Origin: a virus
Strand: one strand, 5' to 3'
Virus record (IMG/VR): IMGVR_UViG_3300005613_000004
DNA length: 64,000 nt
Within the stretch, counting starts at the first letter, position 1. Every line of letters starts with the position of its first letter. The translations under genes and the position numbers were made by a program. A model generated the notes under the pieces. It made no database searches and was not told where the DNA came from. It saw only the letters and a program-made list of their open reading frames with translations. Positions 55,925 through 64,000 of this stretch are shown here, in pieces.

Positions 55925-57361
55925 ATGGCATTAAATCCATTCTTCTTACAAGGTTCATCAAACGAACAATATCTTGTACAAGATTTAATCAACGAACAGT
56001 TGAAAATCTACGGAATTGAAATATATTATCTTCCCAGAAAATTTGTTAATACTGATGATATTTTTAGAGAGGTACAAACTTCCAAATTTGATGATAATTT
56101 TATTATCGAAGCATATCTTGATAATTATGAAGGATATTCACCTGGAAGTGATTTAATGACGAAATTTGGTTTGAGACTTAAAAATGAAATTAAATTAATT
56201 ATTTCTAGAGAAAGATTTGAAGAATTTATATCACCATTTTTGGATGGAATACAGACTGGAATTGATAAGGGCAATATTACTGATCATGAAATTTTATTAA
56301 CATCTAGACCAAGAGAAGGAGATTTAATTTACTTTCCTCTTGGAGAAAGATTATTTGAAGTTAAGAGAATTGAACACGAAAAACCATTTTATCAATTAGG
56401 TAAAAATTATGTTTACGAACTTGATTGCGAACTTTTCGAATATGAAAATGAAGATATCGACACTTCTATCGAGGAAATTGATAAAACTATAGAAGATGAT
56501 GGATACATCACTACATTAACTTTAGCAGGTGTTGGAGTGACAGCAACAGCAACTTCAACAATTGGAGATGGTGTTGTTAGTAAGATTGTACTTACAAATG
56601 ATGGTTCATTTTATTCCGCAACTCCAACTGTAACGATTACTCCATCTCCAAGTGGAAATCCTGCAGATGATGCAAAAGCTGTAGCAATCACAACATCCAT
56701 TGGTAATGTAAAATCCGTAGAATCTATAAGACTCACATTTGGTGGTCGTGGGTATAATGTAAATGAACCCCCATTAGTTACTATCACTGGAGGAAATGGA
56801 AGTGGAGCTGCTGCAACGTGTATAGTTGCTGATGGTGCTGTTAATCAATTCACTGTCACTAATTCCGGGGAATCTTATTATGAAGAACCTAATGTAATTG
56901 TTTCTGGACCTTCGATTGGACAAACAGCAACTGCAAGAGCAGAATTCAATCCTATTAATGGAACAATATCATCAATTCAAATTGTAAATGCCGGATCTGG
57001 ATATACTGAAGCACCAACTGTTCAAATATCTTCTGCATCTACTGTGAGTATTGGTGGAACTTATGCTTATAATGAAACTGTTATTGGATCTCTTTCCGGT
57101 ACAACTGCAGAAGTTAGATATTATAAACTTCGCAGTGATCTTAATGTTATCAATCCTTTAGGGGAACTTAGAGTTGCTATCAATGATGGACAATTTTCTA
57201 TAGGAGAATCTATCATTGGATCTGCTTCTTCTGCTACCTATATACTTAAATCATATGACAATGACAATTATGATGATTCTTATGATAGAAATGAAATATT
57301 CGAAGAAGAAGGAGACGATATCATAGATTTTACTGAAAGCAACCCATTTGGAGAAGTATAA
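55925..57361 (+). CDS. gp14: Neck protein gp14 with inserted repeat domains
   Basis: PREGDLIYFPLG, FYQLGKNYVY, FTESNPFG. Confidence 0.9.
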   Translation: MALNPFFLQGSSNEQYLVQDLINEQLKIYGIEIYYLPRKFVNTDDIFREVQTSKFDDNFIIEAYLDNYEGYSPGSDLMTKFGLRLKNEIKLIISRERFEEFISPFLDGIQTGIDKGNITDHEILLTSRPREGDLIYFPLGERLFEVKRIEHEKPFYQLGKNYVYELDCELFEYENEDIDTSIEEIDKTIEDDGYITTLTLAGVGVTATATSTIGDGVVSKIVLTNDGSFYSATPTVTITPSPSGNPADDAKAVAITTSIGNVKSVESIRLTFGGRGYNVNEPPLVTITGGNGSGAAATCIVADGAVNQFTVTNSGESYYEEPNVIVSGPSIGQTATARAEFNPINGTISSIQIVNAGSGYTEAPTVQISSASTVSIGGTYAYNETVIGSLSGTTAEVRYYKLRSDLNVINPLGELRVAINDGQFSIGESIIGSASSATYILKSYDNDNYDDSYDRNEIFEEEGDDIIDFTESNPFGEV

Positions 57362-58161
57362 TGTTGGGAACTTATTTCTACCATGAAATTATAAGAAAAA
57401 CAATCGTTGGATTTGGAACACTTTTTAATAACATTTACATTAGACATTTGGATAAAGATGGAAGTGTAGTTGATGAAACTAAAGTTGGTTTATCTTATGG
57501 TCCAGCGCAAAAGTTTCTTGCAAAAATTCAACAGCAAGAAGAATTATCAAAATCGATTGCAATTACATTACCAAGAATGTCATTTGAAATGATTGGCATT
57601 CAATATGATCCGTCAAGAAAAACAAGTGTTACTCAAACATTTAAGGCATGTGATGATGATGGAAGTGTAAAGAAAGTATTCATGCCTGTTCCATACAATA
57701 TTACATTTGAATTGAGCATATATTCAAAACTTAATGATGATGCTTTACAAATTATTGAACAAATACTTCCGTTTTTTCAGCCATCCTTTAATTTAACTGT
57801 TGATTTAATTGATTCTATTGGAGAAAAGAAAGATATTCCAATTGTAATGGACAGTATTGATATGCAAGATGATTATGAAGGTGATTTTAGTACAAGAAGA
57901 GCACTCATTTATACTTTAAGATTCACTGCAAAAACATATATGTTTGGTCCTATCGCAGAATCTACAGACGGTCTCATTCGTAAGGTTCAGGTTGATTTAT
58001 ATACTAGTACAGATACTCAAACTGCTAAACGTGAGATGAGATACACTGCTGTCCCTGATCCAATTGATGCAGAACCTGATGATGACTTCGGATTTACAGA
58101 ACAGTGGGAATACTTAGGAGATTCAAAAGAATATAGCCCAACTAAACAGATTGACATTTGA
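57361..58161 (+). CDS. gp15: Tail sheath stabiliser/completion protein gp15
   Basis: YFYHEIIRK..FGTLFN, LPRMSFE, QILPFFQP. Confidence 0.92.
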   Translation: MLGTYFYHEIIRKTIVGFGTLFNNIYIRHLDKDGSVVDETKVGLSYGPAQKFLAKIQQQEELSKSIAITLPRMSFEMIGIQYDPSRKTSVTQTFKACDDDGSVKKVFMPVPYNITFELSIYSKLNDDALQIIEQILPFFQPSFNLTVDLIDSIGEKKDIPIVMDSIDMQDDYEGDFSTRRALIYTLRFTAKTYMFGPIAESTDGLIRKVQVDLYTSTDTQTAKREMRYTAVPDPIDAEPDDDFGFTEQWEYLGDSKEYSPTKQIDI

Positions 58162-58166
58162 TAAAT

Positions 58167-58592
58167 ATGTCCAATAATTATGAATCAATAGATAATGCAC
58201 TTAATACGACAAGTGACATTGTTGAAGTAGAACACACCAAATCACTCTCTAAACCCACAGAAACCTTTCGTGAGGGGCATTTAGATAAAGATTATGAATA
58301 TAGTCGTGCAAACCTTTATTCCCTTATAGAAAAGGGTCAGGAGGCAATTAACGGCATTATGGAAGTAGCAAGTGAAGGAGGTAGTCCAAGAGCATATGAG
58401 GTTGCTGGGCAGTTGATTAAGAGTGTTGCTGATACTACCGATAAGTTGATTGATTTGCAAAAGAAACTTAAGGATGTTGAGGAAGATTCTAGAAAGACTA
58501 CAAATAATGTTACTAACAATGCAGTCTTTGTAGGTTCTACTTCAGAACTTCAAAAAATGCTAAAGCAAGGTTTTCTAAATAATAAAGAGTAA
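58167..58592 (+). CDS. gp16: Terminase small subunit gp16
   Basis: ATG at 58167; DYEYSR, PRAYEVAGQL, VFVGSTSELQK. Confidence 0.9.
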   Translation: MSNNYESIDNALNTTSDIVEVEHTKSLSKPTETFREGHLDKDYEYSRANLYSLIEKGQEAINGIMEVASEGGSPRAYEVAGQLIKSVADTTDKLIDLQKKLKDVEEDSRKTTNNVTNNAVFVGSTSELQKMLKQGFLNNKE

Positions 58593-58607
58593 TTTACTTT
58601 TTTATTA

Positions 58608-60272
58608 ATGAAAAAGTGTAGGCAGGGATATTATTACTGTTATACTGATGAGAAATGCAAGCCCATTCCTCAGGGTTTGAAGATGACTGCCAGATTTTCT
58701 GGTGGTGGAAAAGAACCTGAAGAAACCGGAATAGACGTACCTACAAATGGAAATAACCAGAATGGCAATGGAAATGGGAATGGGGACTCTAATGGGGGTT
58801 CTAATGGTGGAGGCGTCAGTGAAGGCACTTTACACAAGTGGTTCAAAGGATCCAAGTCTAAAGATGGTAAAGGTGGATGGGTCAATGTCGTTACTGGAGG
58901 AACATGTGCAAGTGATGAGCCAGGAGAAGGAACTCCAAAATGCGTTTCCTCTGCAAAAAGAGCATCGATGACAAAAGCAGAACGACTTTCTGCACAAAGA
59001 AGAAAAAAAGCAGCAGATCCTGAACAACAAGCAAAGTCAGGTGCAGCAAAACCAACTTATGTTTCGACCGATAAACCCAAGAAAAAAATGAACGAAGCAA
59101 AAGAAAAAGACCATGAGTATTCTATGGCACGTTCACAACTTTCCACAGTTATAAATGCTGCCAATAGACTCAAGAAAAAAATGGAAAAAGGTGAAGGTGA
59201 AGTTGAAGCATGGGTTCAATCTAAAATTACTAAGGCAGCAGATTACTTAGATTCAGCAGCAGATTATGTTGATAGTGGAGAAATGAAAAAGGAAGAAGTA
59301 GAAGTAACAGAGGCAAAGGATAAACCAGGTAAAGGTAGTGGTAAAAAGGATGCTTGTTACCATAAAGTGAAGTCACGTTATTCCGTTTGGCCTTCTGCTT
59401 ATGCATCTGGAGCACTTGTAAAGTGCCGTAAAGTTGGTGCTTCTAACTGGGGCAATAAGTCAGAATCTTATGATTTCTCTAACTGGAGAGATGATTTTCA
59501 AGCAACTGAATATGAGTTTACTGATATCATCAAACCAGAACCTCTAAAAGGAGAAACACTGGAAGAGAAAAAAGCACAAAAGTGCTGGCCTGGATATGAG
59601 AAGAAGGGAACTAAAAAGATGTTTGGAAAAACTTATAATAACTGCGTGAAGAAAGAAGAAAAAGAAGAAACTAATATTGGTGGAGGTAACTTAAAGAAAC
59701 TTACAAAAAAAGCAGTGAAAAGGATTGATGCTGATGTAGATGGTGACGTAGATAGTACAGATATGAAGTCACCAGAAACTGGAGAATTTATTCCTTCACC
59801 AGATGGAAAGAAAAAGATAAAACCAAAAGTAAGATTTGAACAATCTGATTGGAGAACTGAATTTGATGAGAGTGTAATGCCAGCAGCAATTGATCCAAAA
59901 GCACATAGACAACAACAACGTGCCGCAAAAGTGAGAAACCTTGCTCAAAAAGGTGCTACCGAAGGTGAGAGAGAAGCAGCAGAAAGAAAAACAAAAGGTC
60001 CAAAAATGTTTGGTGAAGATTGGCAGAAAGTCAATAAGTCCGATAAAACTGATGGTATGAGTCCTGCAGCAGTTAAAGCATATCGTCGTGAAAATCCTGG
60101 TTCAAAACTAAAAACTGCTGTGACTGGTGATCCAAAACCAGGAAGTAAAGATGCCAAACGCAGAAAGTCCTTCTGTGCCCGTTCTAAGGGTCAGCAAGAT
60201 ATGCACAACATTGATTGCTCTAAGACCCCAGATAAACCCGTTTGCAAAGCCCGTCGTCGTTGGAAGTGCTGA
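58608..60272 (+). CDS. Modular basic/Cys-containing protein, candidate internal head polyprotein
   Basis: Short unrelated modules separated by xxE junctions. Confidence 0.6.
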   Translation: MKKCRQGYYYCYTDEKCKPIPQGLKMTARFSGGGKEPEETGIDVPTNGNNQNGNGNGNGDSNGGSNGGGVSEGTLHKWFKGSKSKDGKGGWVNVVTGGTCASDEPGEGTPKCVSSAKRASMTKAERLSAQRRKKAADPEQQAKSGAAKPTYVSTDKPKKKMNEAKEKDHEYSMARSQLSTVINAANRLKKKMEKGEGEVEAWVQSKITKAADYLDSAADYVDSGEMKKEEVEVTEAKDKPGKGSGKKDACYHKVKSRYSVWPSAYASGALVKCRKVGASNWGNKSESYDFSNWRDDFQATEYEFTDIIKPEPLKGETLEEKKAQKCWPGYEKKGTKKMFGKTYNNCVKKEEKEETNIGGGNLKKLTKKAVKRIDADVDGDVDSTDMKSPETGEFIPSPDGKKKIKPKVRFEQSDWRTEFDESVMPAAIDPKAHRQQQRAAKVRNLAQKGATEGEREAAERKTKGPKMFGEDWQKVNKSDKTDGMSPAAVKAYRRENPGSKLKTAVTGDPKPGSKDAKRRKSFCARSKGQQDMHNIDCSKTPDKPVCKARRRWKC

Positions 60273-60275
60273 TCA

Positions 60276-60581
60276 ATGAAAAGTTTTCAACAATTTCTCT
60301 CAGAAAGTATCACCATCAACGGTGATTTTAATGGAACTCTCAATGTAGGAGGTTCCCAACCAGCACAACCACAAGAATCTTTCTTTGCTGATGTTGTCTG
60401 GGAAGGAAAGATCTATCGTTTGGAAATCGAAGGTAAGATGATGAGTAAAAGTGAATTAGCAGAGGAAATTTTAAAAGAATATCCTGGAGCAATTATTCAT
60501 AACATTTATCCCGGTAAGGAATTTACAAAAATTAAAAGTGCTCAAAGGTATCGTCCAGAAAGATTATCATGGAGTGATTAA
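60276..60581 (+). CDS. Hypothetical protein with capsid-targeting-like N-terminus
   Basis: MKSFQQFLSE resembles T4 internal protein MKTYQEFIAE. Confidence 0.6.
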   Translation: MKSFQQFLSESITINGDFNGTLNVGGSQPAQPQESFFADVVWEGKIYRLEIEGKMMSKSELAEEILKEYPGAIIHNIYPGKEFTKIKSAQRYRPERLSWSD

Positions 60582-61936
60582 TGGCTCAGTGGAATAAAAA
60601 TACTCAAGATTATCTAAACCAGGAAAGAACACTCCACGAAGTTTTTATGTGTGCCGATAGATACGGTAACATTGGAGATTGTGGAGTAACTACTGGTACA
60701 AGTGGTGGAGGAGTTGATGCTTTTGGAAGATCAAGAACATCAGAACCATTTACACTTGCCGACTATACACACATTTATGGTGAAGAAGTAGAACTTCTTA
60801 CGAAAGTTGTTGGTGCTGGTGCCACAACCGAAGTAAATCCAAATACAGCATCTATTGCATTAATTGTTGGAACTGGTGCAACGGATCAGGTTATTCACCA
60901 ATCCAGAATGTATCATCATTACATGCCTGGTAAGTCTCAATTTATAATGGCAAGTTTTAATTTTCTTGATGTAAGAGAAAATACAACAAAGAAAATGGGA
61001 TATTATGATGATAGAGACGGAATATTCATTCAACAGGAAGGAGACGGTACTGTTTCTGTTGTAAGACGATCACATAACACAGGAATTACTAGTGATACAG
61101 TAGTCAATCAGGATAATTGGAATTTAGATCCTATGAATGGTACTGGGGTTACTGGTGTATCTTTGGACTTCACCAAAACACAGTTGTTTGCAGCAGACTT
61201 TCAATGGTTGGGTGTGGGTAGGATAAGATGTGGATTTGTTGTAGGTGGGCAAACTATATACTTCCACGAATTTAATCATGCTAATGTGGAAGAACATGCA
61301 TATTGGTCACTTCCATCACTTCCAATTAGATGTGAAATTGCCAATACAGGAGCTGCTGTTGGTATCACATCAATGGAACAAATCTGCTCCACTGTAATGA
61401 GTGAAGGTGGATATGTTGAAACTGGTGTTGAGTTTGCTGCACATAATGGACCAATAACTTTATCAAGAAATACACAAAGCACATTTAGACAATGTGTAGG
61501 TGCTATTAGACTATCTAATACATTCAAAGGAATTCCAAATAGAACAACAGTTAGATTGACTGATATTGAAGTATTGAGTGCTTCCACAAGTTGTAGACTT
61601 GAGATTTGGAGATTACCAGGCAATAGTAATATTACAGGTGGAACTTGGGAAGATGTTAACGATGATTCTGCAGTTCAATATAATGTTGGTATCGGAACAA
61701 ATTTTACAACAACTGGTGGAGACTTGAAAAATTCAACATTACTTGCTGCAAATAATCCATCAGGAAAACAAGCATCATCTACGGTTGCATTTAATCCGAC
61801 TAGTGCAAGAAGATCTTATATTGCACAAAACATTGATGCTAATGATAGTAATATTTTTGCTATTATTGTAGAAAATTTATCTGATAATAGTGACACAGAA
61901 ATTTTCAATGCATTTCAGTGGAGAGAAACTAGATAG
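60581..61936 (+). CDS. Hypothetical protein (probably structural, beta-rich)
   Basis: 451 aa; VDAFGR motif; late gene block. Confidence 0.65.
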   Translation: MAQWNKNTQDYLNQERTLHEVFMCADRYGNIGDCGVTTGTSGGGVDAFGRSRTSEPFTLADYTHIYGEEVELLTKVVGAGATTEVNPNTASIALIVGTGATDQVIHQSRMYHHYMPGKSQFIMASFNFLDVRENTTKKMGYYDDRDGIFIQQEGDGTVSVVRRSHNTGITSDTVVNQDNWNLDPMNGTGVTGVSLDFTKTQLFAADFQWLGVGRIRCGFVVGGQTIYFHEFNHANVEEHAYWSLPSLPIRCEIANTGAAVGITSMEQICSTVMSEGGYVETGVEFAAHNGPITLSRNTQSTFRQCVGAIRLSNTFKGIPNRTTVRLTDIEVLSASTSCRLEIWRLPGNSNITGGTWEDVNDDSAVQYNVGIGTNFTTTGGDLKNSTLLAANNPSGKQASSTVAFNPTSARRSYIAQNIDANDSNIFAIIVENLSDNSDTEIFNAFQWRETR

Positions 61937-61946
61937 GTAATTAATT

Positions 61947-63593
61947 ATGAGTGAAGTATATCTTGGTAATCCGTTATTAAAAAAAGCAAATACTGCGATT
62001 GAATTCACCAAAGAGCAGATTATTGAATTCCTTAAGTGTAGGGAAGACCCAATTTATTTTGCTAATAATTATGTGAAGATTGTTTCTCTTGATGAAGGTT
62101 TAACACAGTTTCACCCATATCACTTTCAAGAGAAACTAATTGAGAACTTTCATAATCATAGATTTAATATCTGCAAAATGCCAAGACAGACTGGTAAGTC
62201 TACTACGGTGGTTTCTTATCTTTTACACTTTCTCATCTTTAATGATAGTGTAAATATAGGTATTTTGGCAAACAAGGCAGCAACAGCAAGAGAATTGTTA
62301 GGAAGATTAGCAACTGCCTATGAAAACTTACCTAAATGGATGCAGCAAGGTATTATATCTTGGAACAAAGGTTCTATTGAATTGGAAAATGGCAGTAAGA
62401 TATTGGCAGCATCTACGTCTGCAAGTGCTGTCAGAGGTATGTCATTTAACATCCTCTTTCTTGACGAGTTTGCATTCGTTCCAAATCACGTTGCCGACTC
62501 ATTTTTTGCCTCTGTTTATCCTACTATTACTTCTGGCAAAAACACTAAAGTGATTATTGTATCTACTCCACATGGTATGAATCACTTTTATCGCATGTGG
62601 CACGATGCAGAAAATAAAAAGAATGAATATATTCCTACAGAAGTTCATTGGTCTGAAGTTCCTGGTAGAGATATTGCATGGAAAGAGCAGACAATTGCAA
62701 ACACTTCTGAACAACAGTTTAAGGTTGAGTTTGAATGTGAATTTTTAGGATCAGTTAATACTTTAATTAATCCAGCAAAACTCAAAACTCTTGTATATGA
62801 AGATCCGATACAAAGAAATGCTGGGTTGGATATATATGAGAAGCCAATTAAAGAGCATAATTATCTAATTACGGTGGATGTTGCCCGTGGTCTTGGCAAT
62901 GATTATTCAGCTTTTATTGTTTTTGATATAACAGAATTTCCATATAAAGTAGTTGCTAAGTATAGAAATAATGAAATAAAACCAATGCTATTTCCTAGTA
63001 TTATTTTAGATGTTGCAAAAGGATATAATTATTCTTGGTTACTAATTGAGGTCAATGATATTGGGGATCAAGTTGCAAGTATTCTTCAATATGATTTAGA
63101 ATATGAAAATATTCTTATGTGTGCAATGCGAGGTAGAAATGGTCAGATGGTTGGTTCTGGATTTAGTGGAAAAAAATCACAACTTGGAGTCAGAACAACA
63201 GCAGCAGTTAAGAAATTGGGATGCTCTAACCTTAAAACACTAATTGAAGATGATAAGTTACTTGCATCAGATTATGAAATTATTTCAGAACTAACTACTT
63301 TTGCACAGAAGGGAAATTCTTTTGAAGCAGAAGAAGGTTGCAATGATGACTTAGCAATGTGTCTTGTAATTTTTTCTTGGTTAGTTGCTCAAGAATACTT
63401 CAAGGAAATGACAGAAAATGATATAAGAAAAAGAATATATGAGGAGCAAAGGAATCAAATTGAACAAGATATGTCCCCATTTGGATTTATTTCTGATGGA
63501 TTGGATAATTTGGAAAGTTTTGTAGATAAAGATGGAGATAGATGGCATATTGATGAATATGGCGATCGTTCTTATATGTGGGATTATATGTAA
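61947..63593 (+). CDS. gp17: Terminase large subunit gp17
   Basis: PRQTGKST, LFLDEFAF, VSTPHG, TVDVARG, NDDLAM. Confidence 0.97.
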   Translation: MSEVYLGNPLLKKANTAIEFTKEQIIEFLKCREDPIYFANNYVKIVSLDEGLTQFHPYHFQEKLIENFHNHRFNICKMPRQTGKSTTVVSYLLHFLIFNDSVNIGILANKAATARELLGRLATAYENLPKWMQQGIISWNKGSIELENGSKILAASTSASAVRGMSFNILFLDEFAFVPNHVADSFFASVYPTITSGKNTKVIIVSTPHGMNHFYRMWHDAENKKNEYIPTEVHWSEVPGRDIAWKEQTIANTSEQQFKVEFECEFLGSVNTLINPAKLKTLVYEDPIQRNAGLDIYEKPIKEHNYLITVDVARGLGNDYSAFIVFDITEFPYKVVAKYRNNEIKPMLFPSIILDVAKGYNYSWLLIEVNDIGDQVASILQYDLEYENILMCAMRGRNGQMVGSGFSGKKSQLGVRTTAAVKKLGCSNLKTLIEDDKLLASDYEIISELTTFAQKGNSFEAEEGCNDDLAMCLVIFSWLVAQEYFKEMTENDIRKRIYEEQRNQIEQDMSPFGFISDGLDNLESFVDKDGDRWHIDEYGDRSYMWDYM

Positions 63594-63832
63594 TGTCTTT
63601 TGATGAAGATATTGAATTGGGGCATTTATTATTCTTTGATCGTAAATGTAGAGTTTGTGGAAAAGTAAAAAATTTATTAGATGACTTTTACTTATCTAGA
63701 AAAGGCAAAAAAATTCTAGCATCAGCATATTCTTACGAGTGTAAGGATTGTACAATAAAAAGAATTACTGAGAAGAGGAAAGAAGAATACAACCCAGTTC
63801 CTAGAATAAAAGATGTATATCCTGACTGGTAG
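63593..63832 (+). CDS. Small Zn-finger protein (CxxC...CxxC)
   Basis: CRVCG...YECKDC; ATG at 63593. Confidence 0.7.
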   Translation: MSFDEDIELGHLLFFDRKCRVCGKVKNLLDDFYLSRKGKKILASAYSYECKDCTIKRITEKRKEEYNPVPRIKDVYPDW

Positions 63833-63915
63833 TTTGTTCGTGTGTTGTTTCCCCACTGAAAATACACCTTTTCCTAAATATTTTTAGATAAATTTGGATT
63901 GCGAGGACAGATAAG

Positions 63916-64000
63916 ATGCCACTAAACTTAGCATCTCCTGGTATTGTAGTAAGAGAAGTAGACCTAACAGTTGGTAGGGTTGATCCAACTTCTGCCGGTA
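63916..64000 (+). CDS. gp18: Tail sheath protein gp18, 5' end (truncated by the window)
   Basis: MPLNLASPGIVVREVDLT; gene order. Confidence 0.9.
   Translation, partial: MPLNLASPGIVVREVDLTVGRVDPTSAG

Noticed and set aside
61947-63593. Intein or group I intron in the terminase
   Set aside because: Continuous 548-aa ORF of ordinary size with no splicing motifs
1-64000. Stop-codon recoding, diversity-generating retroelement or reverse transcriptase
   Set aside because: Core genes are intact in the standard code; no suppressor anticodon, RT motifs or TR/VR pair with A-specific mismatches seen

Overview
64 kb segment of a T4-like cyanomyovirus genome (Kyanoviridae-type, probably a Synechococcus phage), almost all on the + strand. 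Layout: (1) tRNA cluster with an inserted HNH endonuclease (84-995); (2) tail-fibre genes followed by two 2OG-Fe(II) oxygenases (1.5-11.0 kb); (3) an accessory/early region (11.1-28.0 kb) of ~50 mostly small ORFs, including an SF2 helicase, CP12, an NblA-like domain, a zincin protease and a ligase-like protein, punctuated by 16 copies of a palindrome plus -10 promoter element; (4) within it, a control-like island at 21.6-23.3 kb holding the only credible minus-strand gene (GIY-YIG/NUMOD1 with apparently altered catalytic residues), a perfect 4 x 21-bp tandem array and convergent/divergent promoters; (5) the conserved structural block gp25-gp6-gp7-gp8-VrlC-like-gp13-gp14-gp15-gp16-(inserts)-gp17-gp18 start (30.6-64 kb). 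Most interesting candidates: the degenerate GIY-YIG plus iteron-like array, a non-canonical long-variable-arm tRNA with a UAU anticodon, a helicase/PD-(D/E)xK nuclease pair, and a modular gp16-gp17 intergenic protein that looks like a prohead-protease-processed internal polyprotein. All family calls come from motif recognition by eye; no searches were run.
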